In this document: positions 21,616 through 30,591 of the stretch, piece by piece | How the letters are laid out: the number at the start of each line of letters is the position of its first letter | Numbering within the stretch: the stretch's first letter is position 1 | NCBI GenBank assembly: GCA_050942875.1 | Contig: JBMNOD010000001.1 | Coordinates: forward strand, 16,597-80,596 | From: Kiritimatiellia bacterium | GTDB lineage: Bacteria; Verrucomicrobiota; Kiritimatiellia; RFP12; UBA3636 | Length of the DNA: 64,000 nucleotides | Direction: 5' to 3' | Position numbers and translations under genes: made by a program | Notes under the pieces: model-generated | Told to the model about the DNA's origin: nothing | The model's input: the letters and a program-made list of their open reading frames with translations, nothing else | Database searches by the model: none

Positions 21616-23862
21616 TTAGAGGATGTCGCACTTGCCGCCGCCGCAGGCGACGGTCTGGGTGAGGGTGGTGTTGTCCTGGAACTCCTCCATGAACATGTAG
21701 TCCACCCGGGTGTTGGTGCGGTGGATGTCGTCCCAGAGCTTGCAGTTGTTGACGCGCTTGAGGCAGCGCGTCATCTTGAGCAGGTCGCCGCCGAAGTAGT
21801 TGGCGGCGAACTTGCGGGCGCGCTCCATCCAGGCGTGCTTGGCGGCGAATTCGTCGATCATGGCGCGGGCGACCTTGGCGCTGGTGCCGGCCGGGATTTC
21901 GGGCGACTGGCTGAAGTCGGCGGCGGCGCGGCCGAGGATGGCGTCGCAGGCGGTCCAGAGGTTGCCGTCGAAGGCTTCGATGGCCTGCTCGATGATGCCG
22001 GAGGCGTACATCGCGCCGTCGCCGTAGTGCTCGATGAGCTCGGCGGTGGTGGGGACGGAGCAGAACGGCGCCTGCGGGTAGTCGAGGTCGCCGCCGTCGG
22101 GCAGCAGCGAGATGCCGGCGAAGGCGTCGCGGTTGTCGTAGATGTACTGCTCCACGACGTCCCACTCGCTGTCGCGCACGTTGATGGTGTTGGAGACGTT
22201 GTGGCTGAGCCAGGGCCGGGCGCAGCGCTCGGGGACCTTGCCGGCGTCGATCCAGTTGTTCTTGGTGACCTTGACGTGTTCGAGGAGTTCGATGGCGTCG
22301 ATGTCGTTCTTGGTGATGGCGTCGGGGCCGGGCTCGATGCAGAAGATGAGCGAGACGTCGGTGCCGTTGGGGTTCCAGACGGACTTCTCGACGGAGAGCG
22401 GGTTCTGCGCGCGGTAGAACTCCACCATCAGCTCGTCCTCGTTGGCCTGGGCGCGGCGGAAGTAGCGGCGGGCGTGGTGCGGGTGGATGCCGGAGCTGGT
22501 GCCGAGGATGCAGGAGGTGGAGCCGGCGGGCTTGACGCACGTGGCGCGGGCGCAGGGGTTGATGCCGATGCGCGCGGCGACGGCCTCGTTCGTCTCGAGG
22601 ATGACCCTGGCGGCCTGGCGCTGGAGCTCGGGGTCGAAGGCGATGGCGGGGTGCTCCATCATGCCGGTCATCGAGACGCCCAGCAGCGCCTCGCGCCTGG
22701 CGATTCGCTCGCTGACGGGGCCGAGGTAGTCGAAGCGGGTGTAGTCGGCCTGGAGGGTGCCGAGGATGGCGGCGAGGCGGGCGGCGTTCATGAACTTCTC
22801 GGGCGTGGTCGCCTTGCCCATGTTGATTTCGCAGAGGTTGCAGAAGGCGAAGCCGCTGACGCCGTCGATCTGCGGGTAGAGGCCGATTTCGACGCAGGGG
22901 TTGAACGTGGCCTCGAGGTCGTCGGTCCAGACGAACCCCGGCTCGCCGAACTCCTTGACGGACTTCATGAGCCTGGCGAACTGCTCGCGGGTCGTGCCGT
23001 CGCGCAGGAGCATGGCGGAGTTGTTGGAGCGGGCGCGCTGCGGGTTTTCGATGAACCAGTTGCCCGTCTTCGCCGTGGCCATCAGCTCGTCGTCCGGCGA
23101 GAAGAGGCAGATGCAGGCGCTGCGCCGGACGCCGCCGGAGAGCACGGCGTCCGAGGCGTGCATGAGGATGTCGTAGGCGTCGATGGAGCGCATCTGGACC
23201 GGCTCGGGCGCGTCGGTGAGCTTGTCGAGCAGTTGGCGGATGACCTCGAGGCTGCGCTTGAGCGGCTCGGGGCCGGGGGCGCGGCCCATGCCGGAGGAGA
23301 TCGGCGCGCCCTTGGGGCGGACGAGCGAATAGTCGAAGGTCACGAACTTGCCGGCGTACTCGGGGAACGGCTGGCCTTCGACGAAGTAGGCGGAGAGCAG
23401 CACCCCGAGCGAGTCGGCCCAGCCTTCGATGGTGTCGGGAATCTTGAAGACGACCTCCTCGCCATGCGGGCGGGCGATTTTGGGCAGCTTGGCGATGTGG
23501 TGCGTCTGCACCGAGAAGCCCACGCCCGCGCCGCAGAGCAGCAGCCAGAGCGACTCCTGGAAGAAGCGGGGGCGGTCGCAGTACGACGTCGTGCAGTTGT
23601 ACATGCGCGCGTTCTTCTTGAGGATGGGGTCGCCGCCGAACTGCATGGCGCGCTGGCTCCCGAGCATCAGCCGCTGGCGCATGCCCTCGCGCACCTCGGC
23701 GAGCAGGTCTTCGACGTCGATCCCCTTCGCCTGGAAGTGGCGGCGATGCATGTCGATGACGCGGTCCACGGCTTCCTCGTAGGTCTCCCGGCGGTTTTTT
23801 TGTGGAAGATAGCGGCTGTATTTGGACGTGAAGACATAATCCTGAAGCGCTTCGATGCTCAT
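21616..23862 (-). CDS. nrdJ: adenosylcobalamin-dependent ribonucleoside-diphosphate/triphosphate reductase (class II)
   Basis: 748 aa from MSIEALQDYVFTSKYSRY (ATG 23862) in track ORF 21616..24393. Class II RNR regions NPCVEIGL and CNLCEIN, plus C-terminal Cys pair. Confidence 0.85.
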   Translation of the reverse strand: MSIEALQDYVFTSKYSRYLPQKNRRETYEEAVDRVIDMHRRHFQAKGIDVEDLLAEVREGMRQRLMLGSQRAMQFGGDPILKKNARMYNCTTSYCDRPRFFQESLWLLLCGAGVGFSVQTHHIAKLPKIARPHGEEVVFKIPDTIEGWADSLGVLLSAYFVEGQPFPEYAGKFVTFDYSLVRPKGAPISSGMGRAPGPEPLKRSLEVIRQLLDKLTDAPEPVQMRSIDAYDILMHASDAVLSGGVRRSACICLFSPDDELMATAKTGNWFIENPQRARSNNSAMLLRDGTTREQFARLMKSVKEFGEPGFVWTDDLEATFNPCVEIGLYPQIDGVSGFAFCNLCEINMGKATTPEKFMNAARLAAILGTLQADYTRFDYLGPVSERIARREALLGVSMTGMMEHPAIAFDPELQRQAARVILETNEAVAARIGINPCARATCVKPAGSTSCILGTSSGIHPHHARRYFRRAQANEDELMVEFYRAQNPLSVEKSVWNPNGTDVSLIFCIEPGPDAITKNDIDAIELLEHVKVTKNNWIDAGKVPERCARPWLSHNVSNTINVRDSEWDVVEQYIYDNRDAFAGISLLPDGGDLDYPQAPFCSVPTTAELIEHYGDGAMYASGIIEQAIEAFDGNLWTACDAILGRAAADFSQSPEIPAGTSAKVARAMIDEFAAKHAWMERARKFAANYFGGDLLKMTRCLKRVNNCKLWDDIHRTNTRVDYMFMEEFQDNTTLTQTVACGGGKCDIL

Positions 23863-24015
23863 GATGTTCCTGTGGGCTTCTTGATTTTCGATGGGAAATA
23901 AAGTGTGGGTGGGCGCGCGGCTGCTTCCAGGTTCCCCGCGCTCGGTTCGAGGGCGCTGGAGCCGGAGGGTGGAACCTCGTCCGAACGCCATGTTCGGGAG
24001 AAAGGGTTTCGACCG

Positions 24016-24040
24016 CACAACCCCTATATATAGCGTATTC
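24016..24040 (-). promoter_or_regulatory. palindromic CTATATATAG box in nrdJ leader (NrdR-box-like or -10 region)
   Basis: Perfect 10-bp AT palindrome in an otherwise GC-rich 380-nt leader, ~160 bp upstream of the nrdJ start. Confidence 0.25.
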
Positions 24041-24240
24041 GCCCGCGCAAGTCCACTACAAACATGCATTTTCCGGAAGATTTTTCCTAACTCACGCTGG
24101 GGCAACGTCCTGCAATTTCTGTTGTTGCAAGGTGGAAGACGCGTTGTGTTTTGCATTTCCTGCTTGCGGACCATGCAGGGATGGAGTAATCTAACCTCAA
24201 CTCCATCACGAACGCAACGCAATGCTGTGGCACACCATCC

Positions 24241-25275
24241 ATGCACCTCGAAAACATCCTTGTCATCAGTCCAAACTGGCTTGGCGACGCCGTCATGGCG
24301 ATGCCGGCCGTGCAGCGGTTGAAAAAGAGCCGCCCGGACAGTCGCCTGGCCGTGCTTGCCAAGCCCGGCGTCGCCCCGCTCTGGTCGATGCACGAGGCCG
24401 CAGATCAGGTGGTCGTCCTGCCCAAGGGCACGGCGGCGACATTCCGAATGGCAGCGCGGCTTCGGCAGCAGCGTTTTTCAACGTGCTTCATCCTGCCCAA
24501 CTCCTTTCGCTCGGCGCTCATCCCCTTTCTCGCCGGCATTCCAGTGCGGCGAGGCACGGCATTCCACGGACGGCGGGCCATGGTCAACCAACGCGTTCGC
24601 CTGCCTGATGTCGATTCGCAGGGGGAGACCCTTCATCAGGCACGAGAGTACTTGACCTTGCTTTGCGGCACACCGGAGGGCGACCTTGCCGACACGGGCT
24701 TCCATCCACCCTCGCCTCGTCTCCTTGATGATCTGCCCCAAACTGAGGGGCCGATGATCGGCGTCGTTCCGGGCGCGGCCCGAGGCGAGTCGAAGCGCTG
24801 GAAGGGATTTGCGGAAGCCATCAAGATTGTCCTGCGCAGCCTGCCCGCCAGCCGGGTTGTCGTCGCAGGCGCCCCAAATGAAATGGCGCTCTGCGCCGAT
24901 GTGGCAGAGTCCATCGGCCCGGCGGCGATCAACGTCGCCGGGCGCACGTCGCTCCCGGAATTCGCATCCCTGCTCGGGAGCTGCCGGCTCGTGCTCTGCA
25001 ACGACAGCGGGGGCATGCACCTCGCGTCGGCGGCCGGCGTGCCGGTCGTCGCCATCTACGGGCTGACCGATCCCGACAAAACGGGCCCGATCGGCTCCAA
25101 CGCCGTCGTGATCCGTGCCAAAGGCGTCCGACCTTCGCGACAGATTGCCCGCGAATGTCCCGTTGCCATTGCCGCTCTCGCGTCGATCCAACCAGAGGAA
25201 GTTGCGAAAGCCTGCCTTGAACGACTGAAAACGCCTCGCACGGGTGAAGCGCCTCCATCCGAACCCGAAGCCTGA
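24241..25275 (+). CDS. glycosyltransferase family 9 (ADP-heptose:LPS heptosyltransferase-like)
   Basis: N-terminus ILVISPNWLGDAVMAMPAVQRLK and C-terminal CNDSGGMHLA, typical of WaaC/WaaF family. Confidence 0.8.
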   Translation: MHLENILVISPNWLGDAVMAMPAVQRLKKSRPDSRLAVLAKPGVAPLWSMHEAADQVVVLPKGTAATFRMAARLRQQRFSTCFILPNSFRSALIPFLAGIPVRRGTAFHGRRAMVNQRVRLPDVDSQGETLHQAREYLTLLCGTPEGDLADTGFHPPSPRLLDDLPQTEGPMIGVVPGAARGESKRWKGFAEAIKIVLRSLPASRVVVAGAPNEMALCADVAESIGPAAINVAGRTSLPEFASLLGSCRLVLCNDSGGMHLASAAGVPVVAIYGLTDPDKTGPIGSNAVVIRAKGVRPSRQIARECPVAIAALASIQPEEVAKACLERLKTPRTGEAPPSEPEA

Positions 25276-25278
25276 GCC

Positions 25279-25890
25279 ATGAAAAAGATCCTCCTTCACG
25301 CCTGTTGCGGCCCCTGCTCGACCCACTGCGTCGCCACTCTTCGCGATGCAGGATACGAACCGACGCTGTTCTATTCGAACAGCAACATCATGCCCCAAGC
25401 GGAATACGACGTGCGGCTTGACTCGCTGCGTCGCTTCGCCCAGATCGCAAATGTGGCGCTCGTGGAGGATGTCCATGACAACGCTCGCTGGCTCGCTTGC
25501 ATCAAAGGCCTGGAAAACGAACCGGAAAAAGGCGCACGTTGCCGCCTCTGCTACGGCTTCAATCTCCGTCGCGCCGCTGCGTTCGCTCTCGAAAACGCCT
25601 TTGCCGAGTTCACGACGACCCTGACCGTGAGCCCCCACAAGCCCAGCCCCCTCGTTTTCGCCGCGGGCGACGCTGCCGCCGCCGAGACGACGGGTCTGTT
25701 CAAGCCGACATTCCGCCATTTCGATTTCAAGAAAAAAGACGGTTTTCTTGACAGCGTCCGCCTCGCCAAAGAATACGGTCTCTATCGCCAATCCTATTGC
25801 GGTTGTCTTTTGTCACAAAAGATGTCACAAAAGATTTTTCGATCTGGCTTTTCATTGTCTGGGGTTTGTGGTAGACTGCAAGGCAATTGA
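25279..25890 (+). CDS. queH: epoxyqueuosine reductase QueH (DUF208)
   Basis: LLHACCGPCS and CRLCY/YCGC cysteine clusters characteristic of QueH. Confidence 0.8.
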   Translation: MKKILLHACCGPCSTHCVATLRDAGYEPTLFYSNSNIMPQAEYDVRLDSLRRFAQIANVALVEDVHDNARWLACIKGLENEPEKGARCRLCYGFNLRRAAAFALENAFAEFTTTLTVSPHKPSPLVFAAGDAAAAETTGLFKPTFRHFDFKKKDGFLDSVRLAKEYGLYRQSYCGCLLSQKMSQKIFRSGFSLSGVCGRLQGN

Positions 25891-25923
25891 ACCCGCGTCA
25901 CGCGTCAAGGAGGCACTCCAATC

Positions 25924-27114
25924 ATGAGCTATATCGATTTCAGAAAAATCGTCTCGCTGGCCGTTGCAGGCCTTCTCGCGTGCATGGCTCTTGCACAAGG
26001 CCTCATCATCTGCCCCGACTGCTCGCATGAAGCCACAGGCGGAAACTTCTGCCAGCACTGCGGCGCAAGCCTCAAGAAGACCGAAGCCACGGCTTCCGAT
26101 CGCTCCGTGGCAACGCCTGCTGCACCCGAAGCCGTTCCGGAGACGGCTCCCGAAGCACCCGGCGCCGCAGCAGCCGCACGTCTCGTCCGCGAAGATCTGC
26201 GCACCGCTGCCGCCAGCTCCCCCACGACACCTGAAGGCGCCGCGCTTGCGCTCGCGGCGCTGACAAACGCCAAAGCCGTCTTCGCCGCCTTCCCCTCCCC
26301 CGACCTGACCGAGACGGAGCGCCGTAGCATCCATGCCGGAATCGCCGCCGCGCGCAACGCACTTTTCTCGACCCGCATTTCCTGCCCACGCTGCAAGGGC
26401 TTGGGACAAGAGGACGACATCCGGGAGATCGCCGCGCTCGACGGCAAGTCGGTCACCATGAAAGCCGGTCGCATCGCCTGCCGCCGCTGTCGCGGTGCTG
26501 GAATGATCGTCAAAGTCCGCCCCGTCTCCGAATTGCGTGCGATCATCGCTGCAGGGCGCCAACGTTTCGCCGACGCCTCACTCCTCGCCGGGCGCGTCAA
26601 AAACGGCAATGCCTGGATCGTCCCCGAATTGGAAGCCTTGGCCACTGTAAAGCAACAGGCTTTGCTCCGGCGCAACAGCGCCGACCCCTGCGCGGAGTGC
26701 GCCGGCTACGGTCGAAACGAATGCCGCAATTGCCGCGGCGCGAGCGTCGTGGAATGCAGCAACCGCAACTGCCGAAACGGACGCATTGAAAACAAGCCCC
26801 AGCCGCGTACAGGCACGAACCAGGGACGCATCGAAGCGGCTGAAGGCTTGCGCTTCACGATCTGTCCGGACTGCAAGGGCCTCGGTGGAATTGCATGCGA
26901 AACCTGCGGCGGTTCCGGCGCTGAAGCCTGTTCGTCCTGCAAAGGTTCCGGCGAACGCAAGGCCTGTGCCAAGTGCCATGCCGAAGGCACGATCGCCTGC
27001 AGAACGTGCAGAGGAACAGGCAAGGACAAGGCAGGACGCGATTGCCCCGCGTGCGGCGCGCAAGGCCTCGTGATCTGCACAACCTGCGGCGGAGACGGCT
27101 ATGGAAGGCAATGA
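25924..27114 (+). CDS. membrane-anchored cysteine-rich protein with zinc-ribbon and repeated DnaJ-CR-like CxxCxGxG motifs
   Basis: AAGGAGG Shine-Dalgarno; N-terminal TM/signal segment, then CPDC..CQHC ribbon and a Pro/Ala linker. The C-terminal half has >=10 CxxC pairs (CPRCKGLG, CRRCRGAG, CPDCKGLGG, CETCGGSG, CSSCKGSG, CRTCRGTG, CPACGAQG, CTTCGGDG). Confidence 0.65.
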   Translation: MSYIDFRKIVSLAVAGLLACMALAQGLIICPDCSHEATGGNFCQHCGASLKKTEATASDRSVATPAAPEAVPETAPEAPGAAAAARLVREDLRTAAASSPTTPEGAALALAALTNAKAVFAAFPSPDLTETERRSIHAGIAAARNALFSTRISCPRCKGLGQEDDIREIAALDGKSVTMKAGRIACRRCRGAGMIVKVRPVSELRAIIAAGRQRFADASLLAGRVKNGNAWIVPELEALATVKQQALLRRNSADPCAECAGYGRNECRNCRGASVVECSNRNCRNGRIENKPQPRTGTNQGRIEAAEGLRFTICPDCKGLGGIACETCGGSGAEACSSCKGSGERKACAKCHAEGTIACRTCRGTGKDKAGRDCPACGAQGLVICTTCGGDGYGRQ

Positions 27115-28687
27115 CGCAGGCGGCATCAAGTTCGAGGGATACGACCAGCCCCAACGCATCGGGAAAGGCGGGATGGCCACGGTCTGGAAGGCGCGGCAGA
27201 TCTCGCTCGACCGCTGGGTCGCGATCAAGGTGCTCTCCCCCGAGCAATGCAATTCGGACGAGGACATCGACCGCTTCCAGGCGGAGGCCCGCGCCGCCGC
27301 GCGGATGAACCACCCGAGCATCGTCCAGGTCTACGACGCCTTCTACCGCAATGACCGCTTCTGCTTCGTGATGGAGTTCATCGACGGCCACACCGTCGCC
27401 GCCTGGATCGTCAAACGCGGCTACATTCCACAGGACGCCTGCCTCTTCGTGGCCGCCGGCGTCGCCGGCGCCCTCGGCTACGCGTGGGAACGCCAACGGC
27501 TCGTTCACTGCGACATCAAGCCCGACAACATCATGATCGACGTCGACGGCTCCGTGAAAGTGACCGACTTCGGCCTCTCCAAGAGCATGTTCACCTCGCA
27601 GGCCAGGCGCATGACGGAACAGGAGCACTTCGTCCTCGGAACACCGGCCTACATCTCGCCCGAACAGGCCGTCGGCTCCGAGGAACTGTTCATCCAGGCC
27701 GACATGTATTCCCTTGGCGCGACACTCTACCACATGTCTACCGGGCGCCGACTCTTCCACGACCAATCAGGCGCCGACATGATGGAGGCGCAGGTCAACC
27801 TCCAGGACACGGATCCCTTCGACCTCAATTCACAGCTCTCGCCGTGCTTCTGCGATTTCCTTGAACGTCTCCTTTGCAAAAACCCCGAGGATCGCTACGA
27901 CCGCTGGAGCGACGTCGTCGACGAAATCGAAAACCTCCGGCAGAATCGCCCGCTGAAACTGGGCGAAATCAATCCGAGCACCACCCGCAGCACATTGCGC
28001 CGCTCGCCGCTTCGCGATGCGGCGCGCGCAGAATTTCTCTCCCACGCCCAAGACGCCGCCGCGACATCGGCACCGGCAAGCACCCCAGAAGCCGTCCCCG
28101 CCATGCCCCTCGGCGCGCCCAGTCCCGCGACAACGGGCGTACTCTCATCGTTTTCAGCTTCCGACTCGCCTAAAGCGCCTGTTCCGCCCCTTGCGACCCG
28201 GTTCACCCCCCTCTTCTCGTCGAGGCCGTTCAAGGCCGTGTTCGCCGCCGCCGCCATCCTCTCCACGATTGCAGGCGCCGTCTGGATCGCCGTCAGCCAG
28301 CGCCGCGCATCAATCCAGCGCACGGCCCAGGCCACGGAGGCTGTCATGAGGGAGATCGAAAACCATCTCCGCATCAAGCCTGACGACTACACCGTAGCCA
28401 TCGCACGCTACCACGACCTGATGATCTCCCTTAAAAAACCGGCTCACGCCGACTTGCGGCAACAGATCAACAACCGCTATATGGAGCTGCGGAAAGATCG
28501 CGAACAACATATTGAACGCGTTCTGAGCGATTTGCGAAAGGAAATCCGCCCCTACATCGAAGAGCGCCAGTTTGTCCGGGCCGCGGAGATCGTCCGCTCC
28601 TACAACGGCCCCCTCGCCGAGGAGACGAAAAAAGACCGCGCCCAGATGGCGGACCAGCTCAACGAGCAGGCTCGGCGCTTCCGCTGA
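27101..28687 (+). CDS. Hanks-type serine/threonine protein kinase with TM segment and C-terminal domain
   Basis: GKGGMATVWKA...VAIK (Gly loop and Lys), HCDIKPDNIMID catalytic loop, DFG and TPAYISPE. Internal TM (AVFAAAAILSTIAGAVWIAV). Overlaps the upstream CxxC gene by 14 nt. Confidence 0.85.
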   Translation: MEGNDAGGIKFEGYDQPQRIGKGGMATVWKARQISLDRWVAIKVLSPEQCNSDEDIDRFQAEARAAARMNHPSIVQVYDAFYRNDRFCFVMEFIDGHTVAAWIVKRGYIPQDACLFVAAGVAGALGYAWERQRLVHCDIKPDNIMIDVDGSVKVTDFGLSKSMFTSQARRMTEQEHFVLGTPAYISPEQAVGSEELFIQADMYSLGATLYHMSTGRRLFHDQSGADMMEAQVNLQDTDPFDLNSQLSPCFCDFLERLLCKNPEDRYDRWSDVVDEIENLRQNRPLKLGEINPSTTRSTLRRSPLRDAARAEFLSHAQDAAATSAPASTPEAVPAMPLGAPSPATTGVLSSFSASDSPKAPVPPLATRFTPLFSSRPFKAVFAAAAILSTIAGAVWIAVSQRRASIQRTAQATEAVMREIENHLRIKPDDYTVAIARYHDLMISLKKPAHADLRQQINNRYMELRKDREQHIERVLSDLRKEIRPYIEERQFVRAAEIVRSYNGPLAEETKKDRAQMADQLNEQARRFR

Positions 28688-29308
28688 TCAGGACAGAATG
28701 CGGACGCGCCGTCCTTCGACGCGAAGGCGCCCCGCCGCCAGCAGCCGCAGCGCTTCGGGATACGCCTCGTGCTCCTGCTCCTGGATGCGGGCGTGGAGCG
28801 ACTCCGGCGTGTCGTCCTCGAACACCGGCACGGCGCGCTGGAGGATGATCGGCCCGGTGTCCGTCCCGGCGTCCACGAAATGAACCGTGCAGCCCGCGAC
28901 CTTGGCGCCGTAGTCGAGCGCCTGCTGCCATCCGGCGATCCCCGGGAACGCGGGCAGCAGCGCGGGATGGATGTTGAGCACGCGGTTGGGGAAGCGGGCG
29001 AGCAGCCGCGGCTTGACGATGCGCATGAAGCCCGCCAGCACGACGACCTCGGCGCCGCGCGCCTCGAGATGCTCGATCACGCGCAGCTCGGCCTCGCCGT
29101 CGAGCTTCGTCTTGAACGGCGCGGGGTCGATGTACGCCCCGTCCAGCCCATGCCGCTCGGCGCGGCGCAGGATGCCGGCGTCCGGCACGTCGGCGACGAC
29201 GCCGACGATCCGCGCGTCGAGCGCGCCCGCCTCGATCGCATCCTGGATGGATTGCATGTTCGAGCCGGAGCCGGAGCCGAGGACGGCGATTTTCAGCGTC
29301 TTGCTCAT
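28688..29308 (-). CDS. purN: phosphoribosylglycinamide formyltransferase
   Basis: 206 aa from MSKTLKIAVLGSGSGSN (ATG 29308); NIHPALLPAF motif. Confidence 0.88.
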   Translation of the reverse strand: MSKTLKIAVLGSGSGSNMQSIQDAIEAGALDARIVGVVADVPDAGILRRAERHGLDGAYIDPAPFKTKLDGEAELRVIEHLEARGAEVVVLAGFMRIVKPRLLARFPNRVLNIHPALLPAFPGIAGWQQALDYGAKVAGCTVHFVDAGTDTGPIILQRAVPVFEDDTPESLHARIQEQEHEAYPEALRLLAAGRLRVEGRRVRILS

Positions 29309-30591
29309 GCCTTCCGCGCCGCCTCCAGCGCCTGCTCGATGTCCGCGAAAATGTCGTCCGCGTCCTCGATTCCGACCGACAGCCGGATCAAGTCCGCCGG
29401 CACGCCCGCCTGCGCAAGCTGTTCCTCGGAAAGCTGCCGGTGCGTGTGGCTGGCGGGATGGAGGATGCAGGTGCGGGCGTCCGCGACGTGCGTGACGATC
29501 GCCACGAGCTTCAGCCGATCCATGAACGCCTCGGCGAACCGCCGGCCGCCCTTCAGGCCGAAGGCGATCACGCCGCACGTGCCGTCGGGCATGTACTTGC
29601 GGGCCAGCGCATGGTGCCTGGAGCCGGGGAGTCCGGGGTAGTTGACCCACGCCACGTCGGGATGCGCCTCCAGGCGCTCCGCGATCGTCTGCGCGTTCGC
29701 GCAGTGGCGCGCCATGCGCAAGTGGAGGGTTTCGAGACCCAGGTTGAGCAGAAAGGCGTTCATCGGCGCGGGGCTGACGCCGAGGTCGCGCATGAGCTGG
29801 GCGACGGCCTTGACGATGTAGCCGGACTTGCCGAAACGCTCGGCATAGACGATGCCGTGGTAGCTGTCGTCGGGCGTGCACAGGCCGGGGAAGCGGTCGG
29901 CATGGCGCATCCAGTCGAAATTGCCGCTGTCCACGATCGCGCCGCCCACCTGCACGGCGTGGCCGTCCATGTATTTCGTCGTCGAGTGCGTGACGATGTC
30001 CGCGCCGAACGCGAAGGGGCGGCAGTTGACCGGCGTCGCGAAGGTGTTGTCGACGATGAGCGGCACGCCGTGCGCATGCGCCAGGCGCGCGAACTTCTCG
30101 ATGTCGAGCACGACGAGCGAGGGGTTCGAGAGCGTTTCGGCGAACAGGGCCTTGGTGTTCGGGCGGAACGCCTGGGCAAGCTCGGCCTCCGGCAGGTCCG
30201 AATCGACGAGCGTGAACTCGATGCCCATCCGCTTCATCGTCACGGTGAAGAGGTTCGACGTGCCGCCGTAGAGCGCGGCGGAGGCCACGACGTGGTCCCC
30301 CGCCCCGGCGATGTTGAAGATGGCGAGGAAGTTCGCCGCCTGGCCGGAGGACGTCAGCATCGCGGCGACGCCGCCCTCCAGCTCGCAGATCTTCGCGGCG
30401 ACGGAGTCGCATGTCGGGTTCTGCAGGCGCGTGTAGAAGTAGCCGCTCTCCTCCAGGGCGAAAAGCCGTCCCATGTGCTCGCCGCTGTCGTATTTGAACG
30501 TCGTGCTCTGGATGATCGGCAGGACGCGGGGATCGCCCGTCTTCGGCTTCCAGCCGCCCTGCACGCAGCTCGTGTCAATGCTTGTCTTCAT
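29305..30591 (-). CDS. metY: O-acetylhomoserine/O-acetylserine sulfhydrylase (PLP, Cys/Met metabolism family)
   Basis: 428 aa with PLP-lysine region HSTTKYMDGH. Overlaps the purN start by 4 nt. Confidence 0.85.
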   Translation of the reverse strand: MKTSIDTSCVQGGWKPKTGDPRVLPIIQSTTFKYDSGEHMGRLFALEESGYFYTRLQNPTCDSVAAKICELEGGVAAMLTSSGQAANFLAIFNIAGAGDHVVASAALYGGTSNLFTVTMKRMGIEFTLVDSDLPEAELAQAFRPNTKALFAETLSNPSLVVLDIEKFARLAHAHGVPLIVDNTFATPVNCRPFAFGADIVTHSTTKYMDGHAVQVGGAIVDSGNFDWMRHADRFPGLCTPDDSYHGIVYAERFGKSGYIVKAVAQLMRDLGVSPAPMNAFLLNLGLETLHLRMARHCANAQTIAERLEAHPDVAWVNYPGLPGSRHHALARKYMPDGTCGVIAFGLKGGRRFAEAFMDRLKLVAIVTHVADARTCILHPASHTHRQLSEEQLAQAGVPADLIRLSVGIEDADDIFADIEQALEAARKA

